From a phage: a stretch of DNA of 64,000 nucleotides. The stretch is taken from assembly GCA_012813795.1 (NCBI GenBank), contig GCA_012813795.1_4087.1; one strand, written 5' to 3'. This document shows positions 35,682 through 46,302 of the stretch, in pieces (position 1 is the first letter of the stretch; each line of letters opens with the position of its first letter). The notes below the pieces were generated by a model, which was given only the letters and a program-made list of their open reading frames with translations, was not told the DNA's origin and made no database searches. The position numbers were made by a program, and so were the translations under genes.

Positions 35682-37883
35682 ATGTCAAAAGATGATCAAT
35701 TAACATCTGTTACCCTACAACCAGAATCAGTAACACTGAATGTGGGTGACAATAAAATTGTATATGCAGTTTATACACCAAATACATATACACCAAAAAA
35801 AGGTAAATGGATATATGATGCAAATATTGTATCTGTTACACATGAAGAAGATACCTTTATGCAATTCATTGCAGTAAAACCTTCTGAAACTGAAATAACG
35901 TACATTCCATTGGGTGCACCTGAATTTGCTTGTAGTACAGTTGTTACAATTAAAGGTACTGATCCAACAGATGATTTGGTATTAGATCCAGAAAACGAAA
36001 CAGTTCAGGTCAATACTGATTTTTATATTAATGTAAAATATAATCAAGCAGATGGTATCCCAACATGGAAATATGACCAATCTGTAGTTAAATATATGCC
36101 TGATAGTACACCTAGTAAAGCACACTTTAAAGCACTAAAAACTACTGCGAATAGTATTCCTTTGGTTTGTGAATGCGGAAATAACACTAAAATGAATTTA
36201 TGTACAGTTGTTGATACTGCGGCCACCATATCATTGAATCCACAACACGTAACTAAACAAGTTGGTGACGACTATTATGTTGATATTTTTTACTCCAAAA
36301 AAGTTCAAGATCCAGTAGTTACATGGGACGGTACTGATGAGTTTTTAGAATTACAACCTGATAGCAACCCATACCGTGCTCATTTCAAAGTTGTAAAATA
36401 TTCTGAAGATCTTGTTTCAAGAAGAATTACAACTTCAATGGGTAAAAGTGCCACACATACCTGTGTTACACGTTATAGTGATTTGAAAAACATTTTCATT
36501 GATTATCCAAGTAAAAATTTAATGGTTGGTGACCAATTTAAATTAACAGCGTTGTATTATCCAGATACGGCAAATCATGATGCTAAATGGTCGTTTGATT
36601 CTGGTAATTTTATTATTGATAGTAGTAGAACCACGCCAAATGAAGCATACTTCACTGCACTAAAAGCAACATCAGGGGCAGACTTCAAGAGTATTACATT
36701 GAGTAGTGGTACATTTAAAGATGAATGTAAATGTATAATTAATGAATCCTCATACTCAGAAGAAGATAATGTGCCAGTACTAAATCAACGTGCAAGTGGG
36801 GATTTGGATAGTGTTGTAGTAACTCCATTAACAATTGCATCCAGAGTTGGGCAGCCTAAAATTATATCTGCGGTTTTCGAACCAAGAGATTATAGTGATA
36901 AATCAGGAACTTGGATGTATGATCCACAAACACTTGACGTATTGTCTGAACAAGATAACTATATAATCATAAAACCGAACCATATTAGTAATACATTTGT
37001 TGAATTTGTTTCCAATGATAAACCTTCATTTAGTTCTAATTGTTCCATCGTGGTTTCAAGTGATGGTTTTGTAATTTCACCAACACACCAACATGTAAAA
37101 TTAACTGAAGATTTTTATATTGATGTTTTATTCGATGAATCGAAAGGTAAACCAGTATGGAGATACGATACTAATTACATAAAAATGTTGGATGACAGTA
37201 CTGATACCAAACCACATTTTCAAGCATTTAATATGACAAGTGAGGATGAATTAATAACCAAATTAGTATGTTCGTATGACAATATGGAACAAATATTCAC
37301 TTGTTATATTGATAAAAATACTAACCCAATATCATGTCACCCATCAAAATCATTACAATTTATGTCATCTGATTTTTGGATAAATGTTGCATATGATAAA
37401 GAAAATACAAAATCTTCTTTATTGGATGTCGATTTTATTACATGGGATGATGATAATGAATACGTTGAACTACAACCTGACAGTACCTCTTTCGTAGCCC
37501 ATTTCAAAGTTGTGAAATATAAAAATGGTCAAATTACAAGAACAGCAACCTCCAAATCTGGACATACCGCCACATTTGCCATATCATTATATTCACCATA
37601 TACTTACATCGATATGACACCACAATTTGAAACTTATTCTATGAATAGTATTATAGTTTTGAGCATAAATTACGGAGGTAGTCCATATACACCTGAATAC
37701 AAAAAATTCAATGACATGTTAAATTATGATTCTAGATTTCTGCAATTGGAGGATGATAGTACTGGCGATAAACTATACTTCACTCCTTTATCTCCAACAG
37801 GAAATAACTTTACAACTGTTATATTTTCCGACGATAACACACGTTTGATGTCTGCAAAAAGTTGCATTACAATTAAAAAATAA
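35682..37883 (+). CDS. Giant Ig-like repeat protein 4
   Basis: 733 aa; more diverged repeats (YYPDTANHDAKWSFD); AGAGGA upstream; ends at bidirectional terminator. Confidence 0.6.
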   Translation: MSKDDQLTSVTLQPESVTLNVGDNKIVYAVYTPNTYTPKKGKWIYDANIVSVTHEEDTFMQFIAVKPSETEITYIPLGAPEFACSTVVTIKGTDPTDDLVLDPENETVQVNTDFYINVKYNQADGIPTWKYDQSVVKYMPDSTPSKAHFKALKTTANSIPLVCECGNNTKMNLCTVVDTAATISLNPQHVTKQVGDDYYVDIFYSKKVQDPVVTWDGTDEFLELQPDSNPYRAHFKVVKYSEDLVSRRITTSMGKSATHTCVTRYSDLKNIFIDYPSKNLMVGDQFKLTALYYPDTANHDAKWSFDSGNFIIDSSRTTPNEAYFTALKATSGADFKSITLSSGTFKDECKCIINESSYSEEDNVPVLNQRASGDLDSVVVTPLTIASRVGQPKIISAVFEPRDYSDKSGTWMYDPQTLDVLSEQDNYIIIKPNHISNTFVEFVSNDKPSFSSNCSIVVSSDGFVISPTHQHVKLTEDFYIDVLFDESKGKPVWRYDTNYIKMLDDSTDTKPHFQAFNMTSEDELITKLVCSYDNMEQIFTCYIDKNTNPISCHPSKSLQFMSSDFWINVAYDKENTKSSLLDVDFITWDDDNEYVELQPDSTSFVAHFKVVKYKNGQITRTATSKSGHTATFAISLYSPYTYIDMTPQFETYSMNSIIVLSINYGGSPYTPEYKKFNDMLNYDSRFLQLEDDSTGDKLYFTPLSPTGNNFTTVIFSDDNTRLMSAKSCITIKK

Positions 37884-37901
37884 TTATTATATTAAATAAT
37901 T

Positions 37902-37930
37902 TAAAGGAGCCATAAGGCTCCTTTTCTTTT
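37902..37930. terminator. Bidirectional intrinsic terminator between convergent genes
   Basis: 8-bp stem aaggagcc/ggctcctt (37904-37923) with ataa loop and T-rich tracts on both sides. Confidence 0.55.
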
Positions 37931-38231
37931 ATAGTTCAATATTACCAGATAACACACTGTAATCTTTATTCATAAGTTCACAAACATATGATACAGTTGA
38001 AACATCTTTGTAATAAATTGTTAACCCAAAACGACCACGGATACGTTCTTCTTTTTCTTGATACATGAATGTTCGTACAACGTAGTACTTATTATTCTTT
38101 GGTTCATAACGTGCTTCGTACCCTTTAACTTTGTAAGCACTAGTAGAAGTACAAATAATCAATGACACAATAACCCACACGATTATAAAGAATGCCATTA
38201 GTCCAAGAAAAACAAAAGCTTGAATCATCAT
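37929..38231 (-). CDS. Small membrane protein
   Basis: N-terminal hydrophobic helices AFVFLGLMAFFIIVWVIVSLII. Confidence 0.45.
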   Translation of the reverse strand: MMIQAFVFLGLMAFFIIVWVIVSLIICTSTSAYKVKGYEARYEPKNNKYYVVRTFMYQEKEERIRGRFGLTIYYKDVSTVSYVCELMNKDYSVLSGNIEL

Positions 38232-38707
38232 TTTAATCCCATGTCAAATATACAGTTAACTTCAATCCCAGCATCTTCCAGTACTTTAATAGCTTCTAGT
38301 GGAGTGCGAGGATACGATTTTTCGTAAATTACACGAGAAATACCACTACCAGCGATTAACTTAGAACAAGTATAGCACGGTTGGAGTGTGGTGTAAAGTG
38401 TTGCACCCTGACGTTCTTGTGGTGAACTATATAGTAATGCATTCATTTCCGCATGGATCTCATGAATGTTGCTCCACTCGTGATGTAAGTGTTTTGCATC
38501 TTCATCAATCCAATTTTGAAATTGACCATTGTTTACGAGATGTTTATTAACATCACAACAGTTAGGTTGCTTTGATGGTGTACCGTTATATCCAGTACTC
38601 AATACTCGGTTATTCTTTACAATAACACAACCTACTTTCTGGGAAAGACACTTACTTTCCTCAGCAACGACACTGGCTATCTTCAACCACGTTGTATGTT
38701 TCATCAT
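38228..38707 (-). CDS. cd: Deoxycytidylate (dCMP) deaminase
   Basis: HAEMNALL and PCYTCSKLIAGSGI zinc-binding motifs and overall similarity to T4 Cd as recalled from memory (not aligned). Confidence 0.8.
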   Translation of the reverse strand: MMKHTTWLKIASVVAEESKCLSQKVGCVIVKNNRVLSTGYNGTPSKQPNCCDVNKHLVNNGQFQNWIDEDAKHLHHEWSNIHEIHAEMNALLYSSPQERQGATLYTTLQPCYTCSKLIAGSGISRVIYEKSYPRTPLEAIKVLEDAGIEVNCIFDMGLK

Positions 38708-39182
38708 ATGTCCCTAAATTGGTTAATAGTTCTTTACAGATCTGATGCGTACGTAAAATACGCATATAGTCTACTATATCTTTCTGGGTAATGTCAAATG
38801 GTTTTGAGCTATAAACATTCCAGCAACGAACGATTTCCAGAATGAAATCCACTTCCTTATTCATAATCTTATCAACTGCCACGATAACATCTTTTTCGTT
38901 TTGTTCTAATGTACGACCAGTATCTGAAAAAATCCCACCTAATGTGAACATCGCCCCACTATACAACCCAATAAAAATATCAGATGGTTTGTACATATTA
39001 TACATAGTAAGTGCATAAATTTTCATGAAGATATTACGGTGAAAGTGTTTGTATGTTTTTTCTTTAGCTTCGTCTGATACACGGTCAGCTTCCGAAATAC
39101 ATTGTCGCACAAGTTCCAACGTATTGTTTACGTTCTTTAGCCAAATATCAGTATCTTCTTGTGATAATTGATTATAGTTCAT
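38661..39182 (-). CDS. hypothetical protein
   Basis: 173-aa ORF. Confidence 0.45.
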   Translation of the reverse strand: MNYNQLSQEDTDIWLKNVNNTLELVRQCISEADRVSDEAKEKTYKHFHRNIFMKIYALTMYNMYKPSDIFIGLYSGAMFTLGGIFSDTGRTLEQNEKDVIVAVDKIMNKEVDFILEIVRCWNVYSSKPFDITQKDIVDYMRILRTHQICKELLTNLGTYDETYNVVEDSQCRC

Positions 39183-39183
39183 A

Positions 39184-39693
39184 TCACTCCTTTAATTTTA
39201 AAGATTCAACCATCTCTTCACACATTTTCATGTGATGATATTGTTTTTCATCTAAAGTATATGGGATATTACGACTTTGTAAATCCATACTAATATCATA
39301 ATTTCTATACATAAATGACGAGTGCTTAATCATAAATGTTACAGCTTCCCAAACTTTACCCGATTCTTCATATATTTCCTTAGTATTGATTGATGTTAAT
39401 TTTCTAATTTTTTTAATATCCATACCAACAATTGTTGAATTGAAATCAAGTCCAATGTAATTAAAATTCATACAATTATATCTTAATACTAGTCCATCTC
39501 CCTCAGTTATAGTAGTAAGAAACCACTGGTAATCATTAATTTTATGATACCATTTTCTTGTATTCAAATAATTATCGTACCATTTCTTGGTTATTTCTAT
39601 TGCTTCAGTACTGATATTTTTTGCGTACTCATTTATTAAAAACATATTTTTTGAGAACTCAATACTGCTTTCTTTAGTGATTTTAAAGATCAT
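39184..39693 (-). CDS. hypothetical protein
   Basis: 169-aa ORF. Confidence 0.45.
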   Translation of the reverse strand: MIFKITKESSIEFSKNMFLINEYAKNISTEAIEITKKWYDNYLNTRKWYHKINDYQWFLTTITEGDGLVLRYNCMNFNYIGLDFNSTIVGMDIKKIRKLTSINTKEIYEESGKVWEAVTFMIKHSSFMYRNYDISMDLQSRNIPYTLDEKQYHHMKMCEEMVESLKLKE

Positions 39694-40046
39694 TAAAGTA
39701 TTACCTCCTTCCTAGTGTTACTTGCGTCGCACCAATAAAAGACGTGCCAGTCAGGAAACTCCTTCTTTATTTGTACTGCACAAGCTTGACTTAATATATG
39801 TGATGCTTGTTGGATCATAAACATCCCAGGTGCTTCCACATTTATCATATCCGATGGTGACAGATATGAACTCCAATTGGATGCCTCCCAAATTTGCTGG
39901 TAAACATACAAGCTATGCATTAAACCTGCACTAAAAAGTTTTTTGTATCCATCAAGATCATCATTAATCCAATAGTCTCCTGTTTTAGAAGTCCATATAG
40001 GATCAGATGAATAATCCATATCAACAGAAATGTAAACTTTACTCAT
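39693..40046 (-). CDS. hypothetical protein
   Basis: 117-aa ORF. Confidence 0.45.
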   Translation of the reverse strand: MSKVYISVDMDYSSDPIWTSKTGDYWINDDLDGYKKLFSAGLMHSLYVYQQIWEASNWSSYLSPSDMINVEAPGMFMIQQASHILSQACAVQIKKEFPDWHVFYWCDASNTRKEVIL

Positions 40047-40094
40047 ATAATTTACCTATGCGAAAAGGGAGTACAATGACTCCCATTTATTTAA

Positions 40095-40541
40095 TCACTT
40101 TTCGGTCGGTGTATAGTTATATTGTTGACAATCTTCAACAGTTAATACACCTTCATCGTAGCCGTACTGAAGTACAATATCAAATGCTTCATCTACCATA
40201 GTAACAACATCACGATAACGGACAATAGTATGTGCACGTTTTTCAACAGCTTTCATGATACCCATTAGCAGCCATTTACCTTCGTCGGTATGTAGTTTTG
40301 CAAAACGTGGTCGTTTAGTTGCTGCCATAATATCAGTCCAATCAGCCTTAAACACTTCAGGACGTTTAGGAATATCAAACAATGTAGTTGGGAAGGTTAC
40401 ATTGTTTTTCTTCATTGCGTCAGCTTGTGCAGCACGATAGCCTTGACGGAAAATTGGATGCTGCATTTTAAGTTGTTCTGGTGACAATACTAGTTTATTT
40501 TTAAACGCATCATAACCATCTTTGTATTGTTCATTAGCCAT
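40095..40541 (-). CDS. hypothetical protein
   Basis: Track ORF 40095-40634 trimmed to ATG at 40541 (MANEQYKDGY) with AAGGA upstream, just after the stop of the upstream gene. Confidence 0.45.
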   Translation of the reverse strand: MANEQYKDGYDAFKNKLVLSPEQLKMQHPIFRQGYRAAQADAMKKNNVTFPTTLFDIPKRPEVFKADWTDIMAATKRPRFAKLHTDEGKWLLMGIMKAVEKRAHTIVRYRDVVTMVDEAFDIVLQYGYDEGVLTVEDCQQYNYTPTEK

Positions 40542-40545
40542 TGTA

Positions 40546-40839
40546 TTATTCCTTATCTTCTGTGCTGACAGCTTTTTTCTCGTTGAATGAACCGTGTTCG
40601 GCTCGCAAATTTGCAGCATATTGCACTGCATCAATTGGTTTAATATTGTTCTTCATAAGAACTTCTTGCATCAATTCAAGAATTTCAGCCATACCAACCA
40701 GTAGGTCTTCTGATTCTTTAATGTCTTTTAGTGCTAACGCTTGAGTACTGATCTGCTCTAGTGCAGTACTGATGAATTCCGAATCATCAAGAATTTCAAC
40801 TTCTTCAGTGCTAGAGTTTCGTACAAGTTTCTTTGACAT
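40546..40839 (-). CDS. hypothetical acidic protein
   Basis: 97-aa ORF. Confidence 0.45.
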   Translation of the reverse strand: MSKKLVRNSSTEEVEILDDSEFISTALEQISTQALALKDIKESEDLLVGMAEILELMQEVLMKNNIKPIDAVQYAANLRAEHGSFNEKKAVSTEDKE

Positions 40840-40903
40840 TTTAACTCCTTAGAAAATGCCCCACATAGTGAGGCATAATATATTTTAAGTTTTTAGTACT
40901 GAA

Positions 40904-41599
40904 TTATACCCACTCTTCCACGCCACCGCGACGTTTAACTAGGTATTGACCTTTTTCATTACGTGGACCAAGGATAATACCATCGATAAATCCAAGTTCA
41001 CCATACTCAAGTGCTTCATCTGCACTCAACCACAAATCGCGGTCCGCATCTTCTAGTAGTTTTTCATGAGAAACACCTACAGCTTCAGCGATTTCTTTCG
41101 TCAGCAATGTGTTCAATGCATCAGAGTGTTTTAGTGCAATTTTCTGATCAGTGATCAGACCTTGTGTACCAGAACTTACTTGGTGACACATAAAGTACGA
41201 GCGTTTACCACCAAGACGATAACCTTTAGTACCAACTACTGATTGTGTGTAGCAACCCATTGATGCTGCATAACCCATCACTACTGTGCGGATTGGTGAT
41301 ACACAAGATTTAGCAATATCAGAAATACCCAAACCTGCATGAACACTACCACCCGGCGAGGAAATATAAAGAGTAATTGGTTCAGAACCTTGAGAATCCA
41401 ACCACACCAATTGTTGCTTGATGATATGTGCCATTTGGTCGTTGAAATCAGTATCAAGGAAAATGATACGGTCTTGCATCATACGAGATGCTAGATCATA
41501 AGTACGTTCGTTGCCATTAACTTTTTCAACTACATATGGAATTGAAATGTTAGTTGTTTCACCATTCGCATAACCACCAAACATAAATTGTTGAGTCAT
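40904..41599 (-). CDS. clpP: ATP-dependent Clp protease proteolytic subunit-like peptidase
   Basis: LYISSPGGSVHAGLGI and VVMGYAASMGCY match ClpP oxyanion and catalytic-Ser regions (GxAASMG). Confidence 0.8.
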   Translation of the reverse strand: MTQQFMFGGYANGETTNISIPYVVEKVNGNERTYDLASRMMQDRIIFLDTDFNDQMAHIIKQQLVWLDSQGSEPITLYISSPGGSVHAGLGISDIAKSCVSPIRTVVMGYAASMGCYTQSVVGTKGYRLGGKRSYFMCHQVSSGTQGLITDQKIALKHSDALNTLLTKEIAEAVGVSHEKLLEDADRDLWLSADEALEYGELGFIDGIILGPRNEKGQYLVKRRGGVEEWV

Positions 41600-41659
41600 T
41601 GTATATTTTCCTCTATTGTTTCATTGATGTGAGTATTATATCACAGTGTTCTTATTTGT

Positions 41660-42043
41660 CTACAATTTTCTTGTAAAATCTAGTAAACCGTAAATTGTTT
41701 CTTTGTTGTACAGAGTTGGGTCTATCTTCAGTAACCTAACCATACCTGTATCATACACAGAAGTGTTGGTAATGTCAAACAAAGAATGTGTATAAAATCG
41801 GTCAGTACTGACATAAATGAAGAATTCGTTCGATTTATCTAAATCTTCAAAGAAAACTGCATCATAGTATTCAGCATTGCCATCAATATACACTTCAACT
41901 GAATCATCATCAAGCCAGTAGTGAGAGATTTCAGTACTGTTCTGTTGTAACTTTGTTTCACCTCTCGTGTGGTGTAAGTTTGCATTTAACACGTACTTGA
42001 TTTCGTTATTATATACGATTGTGTACACAGTAATAAGTTTCAT
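41660..42043 (-). CDS. hypothetical protein
   Basis: 127-aa ORF. Confidence 0.45.
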   Translation of the reverse strand: MKLITVYTIVYNNEIKYVLNANLHHTRGETKLQQNSTEISHYWLDDDSVEVYIDGNAEYYDAVFFEDLDKSNEFFIYVSTDRFYTHSLFDITNTSVYDTGMVRLLKIDPTLYNKETIYGLLDFTRKL

Positions 42044-42438
42044 CAGTACTCCCTAATTGATACCAGTGCGTTAAGAAATTCTAAACGAATTCCACATGGT
42101 ATGGTATCAAAATCAACCTCAATCATTCTTAATGAATCAGAGAGTTCATTTCTAAAGAACATATTACATGCAAAAGTACTGAAAGGTAACACATCACCTT
42201 TACTATCATCACAAACAACAACGTACACTTTACCACTAAAAGAATCCAAATCATCTGCTCTCTGGATATCACGACTATAGTGATACCTATCTTTCAGTAC
42301 TGAGTTGATTCCTTTCTTATCATCATAGAATTGAACTTTATCACAATATGTCACCAGACGCATACCATATCTTTGGAACATACGAGCACTTCCATTGATT
42401 ACGATCATTTTGTCTTTTGTATGCAATGTATATATCAT
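42043..42438 (-). CDS. hypothetical protein
   Basis: 131-aa ORF. Confidence 0.45.
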   Translation of the reverse strand: MIYTLHTKDKMIVINGSARMFQRYGMRLVTYCDKVQFYDDKKGINSVLKDRYHYSRDIQRADDLDSFSGKVYVVVCDDSKGDVLPFSTFACNMFFRNELSDSLRMIEVDFDTIPCGIRLEFLNALVSIREY

Positions 42439-42447
42439 AGTAATCCC

Positions 42448-43239
42448 TTAGATTTCGAATACCAATTTAGGATTGTAATCGAAATTCTCACAAGCTCCAC
42501 TATAAGATTCGTAACCTCTTGGATTACAAATGATACGTGTCTTACCGATGTGGTAATCAAAGCTACTATGAACATGACCATGAATCCAAACATCAGCACC
42601 CAAATCTTCAATGTACTGATCCATGTCTGAACAGTAACAACCATTCAGTGAATCGTTTTTATATTTTGGTGAAACACTTTGAAAACTCGGTGCGTGATGG
42701 GTAATCACGATGACCTTGAAATCATTATCCTGCATTAAGCGTACTGTGTCAACTGAATTTTTGATAAATTGTTTATCTTTGTAATGCATGAACTCAGTAT
42801 CTTCTGGTGTCAGTTTCTTACGCCAAGGCTCGGATGTTGTTCCATGACGGATGTGTTTGTAATCGTTCATCTTCTGACGAGCATCAAACTTCGTCATGGA
42901 ATTACCTTTGTCAAAGTCTGTCCACAGAGTACTACCAACGAGCAAAACACCATCCAGCCATACAAATTTGTTTTGCAAAAAGATGAAATTAGGAAACTCA
43001 TCTTGCATATCGGACAGTACTTGATGCGTTTTGTAAATGTTCGAACCGTAGTACTCGTGATTACCAGGAACCAGTACTACATTCTTGAACTGCTTACACA
43101 GTGATTCGATACCAGTACGATAACGACTACGTTTAACTTCATCGAAGTCCCCAGCAATGATCAGTACTGTGTCACTGTAATCACCACTATGGAGGTAATC
43201 AGTGCCACCGTGTACATCAGATGTTACGACAAATTTCAT
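42448..43239 (-). CDS. Calcineurin-like metallophosphoesterase
   Basis: VTSDVHG, GDFDE, GNHEY, ITHHAP and WIHGHVH motifs; start trimmed to MKFVVTSDVHGG. Confidence 0.7.
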   Translation of the reverse strand: MKFVVTSDVHGGTDYLHSGDYSDTVLIIAGDFDEVKRSRYRTGIESLCKQFKNVVLVPGNHEYYGSNIYKTHQVLSDMQDEFPNFIFLQNKFVWLDGVLLVGSTLWTDFDKGNSMTKFDARQKMNDYKHIRHGTTSEPWRKKLTPEDTEFMHYKDKQFIKNSVDTVRLMQDNDFKVIVITHHAPSFQSVSPKYKNDSLNGCYCSDMDQYIEDLGADVWIHGHVHSSFDYHIGKTRIICNPRGYESYSGACENFDYNPKLVFEI

Positions 43240-43258
43240 AATTACCTCCAATAAATGT

Positions 43259-44677
43259 TTAGCCAAGTGATTCAATAATACTGTTTGAGAAGACCTCAAC
43301 TGCACTATCACGAATTTCTAAGATACGAGTATAATCGTCACAAGTGTTTTTGTCAAATCTAAATTCAATAAACACTGGTAAAAATAGTGATGGCTCACCA
43401 GTACGCTTGTCGAATACAATGTCATTACACTCAACTGTAACCACTTTACCAATAAGTTCTTGCATTCTTTCCCAAATGGTTTTAAATGTCCATTCAGCAT
43501 CTTTTTCGCGGATTCCTGTTCCTACGCTTACTTTTAGTGTACCACAAGCACTTTCCAGTTGTAAAGAACCAAGCATACCTTTACGCTTACCTTCACCTTC
43601 ATTGAAACCAACAATACGCAAGTCCAGTTGCATTTTCAATTTCATTTTCAACTGCTTAGGAGAAGTATGTGATTTCCAGATACCATCTTCACATTTCAGT
43701 ACTGAACCTTCTTCACCTGAACTCATGAGTTCAGAGTTGTAAGCAAAGGCTTCTTTGAGATCCTTCACCTTACGATATCCAACCATACGCACGAATTCAC
43801 TACCTAATGCATTGATTGCACCTTCAAGAATCTCGCGACGTTCCTTACGTTTTACATCCCAGATACCATCACAATATGCATCGTATGGCACTACATCCCA
43901 GAGAACGAATACTGTACGCATTGCTTCGTTTTGGGTGATAGTATCTTTACCTGCTTTCTGAATGATGCCGTTACCAGTTGTACGTGGAAGAATAGTTTCC
44001 CCATCAGTATCCAGTACTAAACCCTCGCCCATAAAGACTACACCACTACTGAAACGTTCATCTGTACTTTGGATATGATGAGCAAGGCCAGCCATTTCAG
44101 CATCACGACAACCGAGGAAGTCGTAAATCTTACCATTACGGGAAGTGGATGTTAATGATGCATTGATAACAACGTGGTTCAAGTACTGACCATCCATCTT
44201 AACTTCAGCAACGGCATAACCATAATCTTTGAAGTTGATGTTCTTAGCAGTTTTCTTGTCAATCAATGAACAACGCATATAAGGTTCATCTTTAATGAAG
44301 CCTTTACCGAATACATCATTACAGTTCTTTTCCTGAATACCACAATCAAGGTTCTTCGTGAGCATTTTACGGAGAACTTCCTGGTCATCTTCAGGAACAG
44401 CACCCAGTACTGAAGCAATGAAATCACGCCCTGTATTACCCGTCACACCACGCTTATAGATGCATTCTAGCTTATCAATAGCTTCATCTAACGTCATATG
44501 TTGATACACGTCAGCAGCGTCTGGTAGCTTCTTATAGCCACTTACGATAGTAGGGTCTAGCGTATATTTCAGTACTTTTTTGAGTGTTTCATTGTTTTTG
44601 TTTTCTTCAAGGATTGCTTTCTTACCAAGTGTACTTGAAGTCTTTTTGATTTGTTCCAGAATTGCTAAAATGCTCAT
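43259..44677 (-). CDS. ATP-dependent DNA ligase
   Basis: Adenylation motif I AVAEVKMDGQ (KxDG); N-terminus MSILAILEQIKKTSSTLGKKAILEENKNNETLKKV resembles T4 gp30 as recalled. Confidence 0.85.
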   Translation of the reverse strand: MSILAILEQIKKTSSTLGKKAILEENKNNETLKKVLKYTLDPTIVSGYKKLPDAADVYQHMTLDEAIDKLECIYKRGVTGNTGRDFIASVLGAVPEDDQEVLRKMLTKNLDCGIQEKNCNDVFGKGFIKDEPYMRCSLIDKKTAKNINFKDYGYAVAEVKMDGQYLNHVVINASLTSTSRNGKIYDFLGCRDAEMAGLAHHIQSTDERFSSGVVFMGEGLVLDTDGETILPRTTGNGIIQKAGKDTITQNEAMRTVFVLWDVVPYDAYCDGIWDVKRKERREILEGAINALGSEFVRMVGYRKVKDLKEAFAYNSELMSSGEEGSVLKCEDGIWKSHTSPKQLKMKLKMQLDLRIVGFNEGEGKRKGMLGSLQLESACGTLKVSVGTGIREKDAEWTFKTIWERMQELIGKVVTVECNDIVFDKRTGEPSLFLPVFIEFRFDKNTCDDYTRILEIRDSAVEVFSNSIIESLG

Positions 44678-44686
44678 TATATTCCC

Positions 44687-45886
44687 TTATAGATAATAGG
44701 TTCCATAAAAAATAGGACAGTCAGTGCTAATATGAACCATAGGTTTTTTATTAGATTCTGATGTATTATTACTGTATCGTTTGGTTGGTGGATAGAAAGG
44801 TGAATTATAACCACGCCATGTATTGAAAGATGTATGTTTATCGATATCAACATCCATTGACATTACACCATTCGCATCAACTTCTACTGGGTATCCGCAG
44901 TATTTTTCAAAATCACCCTTGTACGCTATAGAATAATCATGGCGATAATATCCATAGGAATTTCTGCTGTTGTTATCTGAAATACCAAAGAATACACGAT
45001 ATTTTTGACCATTCTGTTCAGTCATGAATAATACGTTTTCATTGAAACGACCATTAACAAGAACGTCTTTAGTGATTTCAGTGTATTTTACTTTCATATC
45101 AGTACTTTTAAATGATTTAGTACTGATCAGTACTGGTCTATTGCATTCACCTAATGCGTTCTCAGTTCGCATTCGGTACGTATTGAAATACGCATTTGCT
45201 TTAACAATTTCAGCTTCCATTGTTGTTTTAACGTTATGGAGTGCTCTGGGTGTTAATTCGTATCGGTCAAGGCTTGCACATACACCATATGTACCATCAG
45301 CGATACAATACACCATATGATAGAAAGAACTTTTGTTAGGTAAAGAGAATTCTTTAGTTTTCTTCAAACAAAGAGTATGAACGCGACCACAATAGTAGTA
45401 CTCTTTTTTGTTATAAAGGAATCCATCACCAACTTTCAACTCACCAACAACGCATTTACGTTCTTCAGCTTTCTCTTGCTTCTCTTGCATCTTAGCAAAT
45501 GTTTTTGTATTACCATTAATGAGTTCAAGATTATTATTAAAGAACATAGCATCTTGGAATACACCATTAACGATATCATTGTGTGTGATTAAGTCCAGCA
45601 TATTGTTTGCAGTGATATTGAACTCAAATCCTTCTGGGTGACGGCAAACGAAATAAGTATCTCGACCACTGTGAATCAATTTCTGAACAATAGCGAAACC
45701 TTTTTTCGGTTCATTGTCGAGTGTAAGTGACGGCATATTATTGGTTCTTGCCCAGTACTCAACACGTTCTTTCTTATTTTCAAATGCTTTAGTGTGAGTT
45801 TTAGTTGCGTCGATAATAAATCCGTCAACCTGATCTCCACTAACAAAACGTCTTGCGACGAAAATCTTTTCAGGAAAATTCATCAA
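44687..45886 (-). CDS. hypothetical protein
   Basis: 399-aa ORF. Confidence 0.5.
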   Translation of the reverse strand: MMNFPEKIFVARRFVSGDQVDGFIIDATKTHTKAFENKKERVEYWARTNNMPSLTLDNEPKKGFAIVQKLIHSGRDTYFVCRHPEGFEFNITANNMLDLITHNDIVNGVFQDAMFFNNNLELINGNTKTFAKMQEKQEKAEERKCVVGELKVGDGFLYNKKEYYYCGRVHTLCLKKTKEFSLPNKSSFYHMVYCIADGTYGVCASLDRYELTPRALHNVKTTMEAEIVKANAYFNTYRMRTENALGECNRPVLISTKSFKSTDMKVKYTEITKDVLVNGRFNENVLFMTEQNGQKYRVFFGISDNNSRNSYGYYRHDYSIAYKGDFEKYCGYPVEVDANGVMSMDVDIDKHTSFNTWRGYNSPFYPPTKRYSNNTSESNKKPMVHISTDCPIFYGTYYL

Positions 45887-46302
45887 ATAGTCCTCATTGT
45901 ACTCATAGCTTTTAGTGTTTCGTACATATGACCGTATTTGGAAAATAGCTGTAAATCAGACATTGGGTCGTTAGTACGCATCAGTGCCATGTCATCAATC
46001 ATTTCTTCAGTGCATAGTACTGCTACACTAGTGAGGGTATCGTTCAAACCTGGTTCATTGAATTTAGCAAATGGAACCTTGCCCTGTTTGGATAGATTCT
46101 CGTAATGAGTGGTTAATTTATCTTGGTTGCCAGCATTGAGAATTACAATAGTTTCGTGCTCATTATACCATTCATCGATTAGAGTACTGAATACTGTACC
46201 TTCATATTCTTTGACGAGTTTAATACCAGCATGAAATGCCTGAACGCCAGCCTGAACACCCTGACAGTACATGTTTGTTAAGCAATATAGTTTCACTTCC
46301 AT
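45883..46302 (-). CDS. hypothetical protein
   Basis: 139-aa ORF. Confidence 0.45.
   Translation of the reverse strand: MEVKLYCLTNMYCQGVQAGVQAFHAGIKLVKEYEGTVFSTLIDEWYNEHETIVILNAGNQDKLTTHYENLSKQGKVPFAKFNEPGLNDTLTSVAVLCTEEMIDDMALMRTNDPMSDLQLFSKYGHMYETLKAMSTMRTI

Noticed and set aside
28139-37883. Diversity-generating retroelement targeting the Ig-like genes
   Set aside because: No reverse transcriptase ORF and no template/variable repeat pair with adenine-specific differences was seen; the internal repeats look like plain tandem duplications
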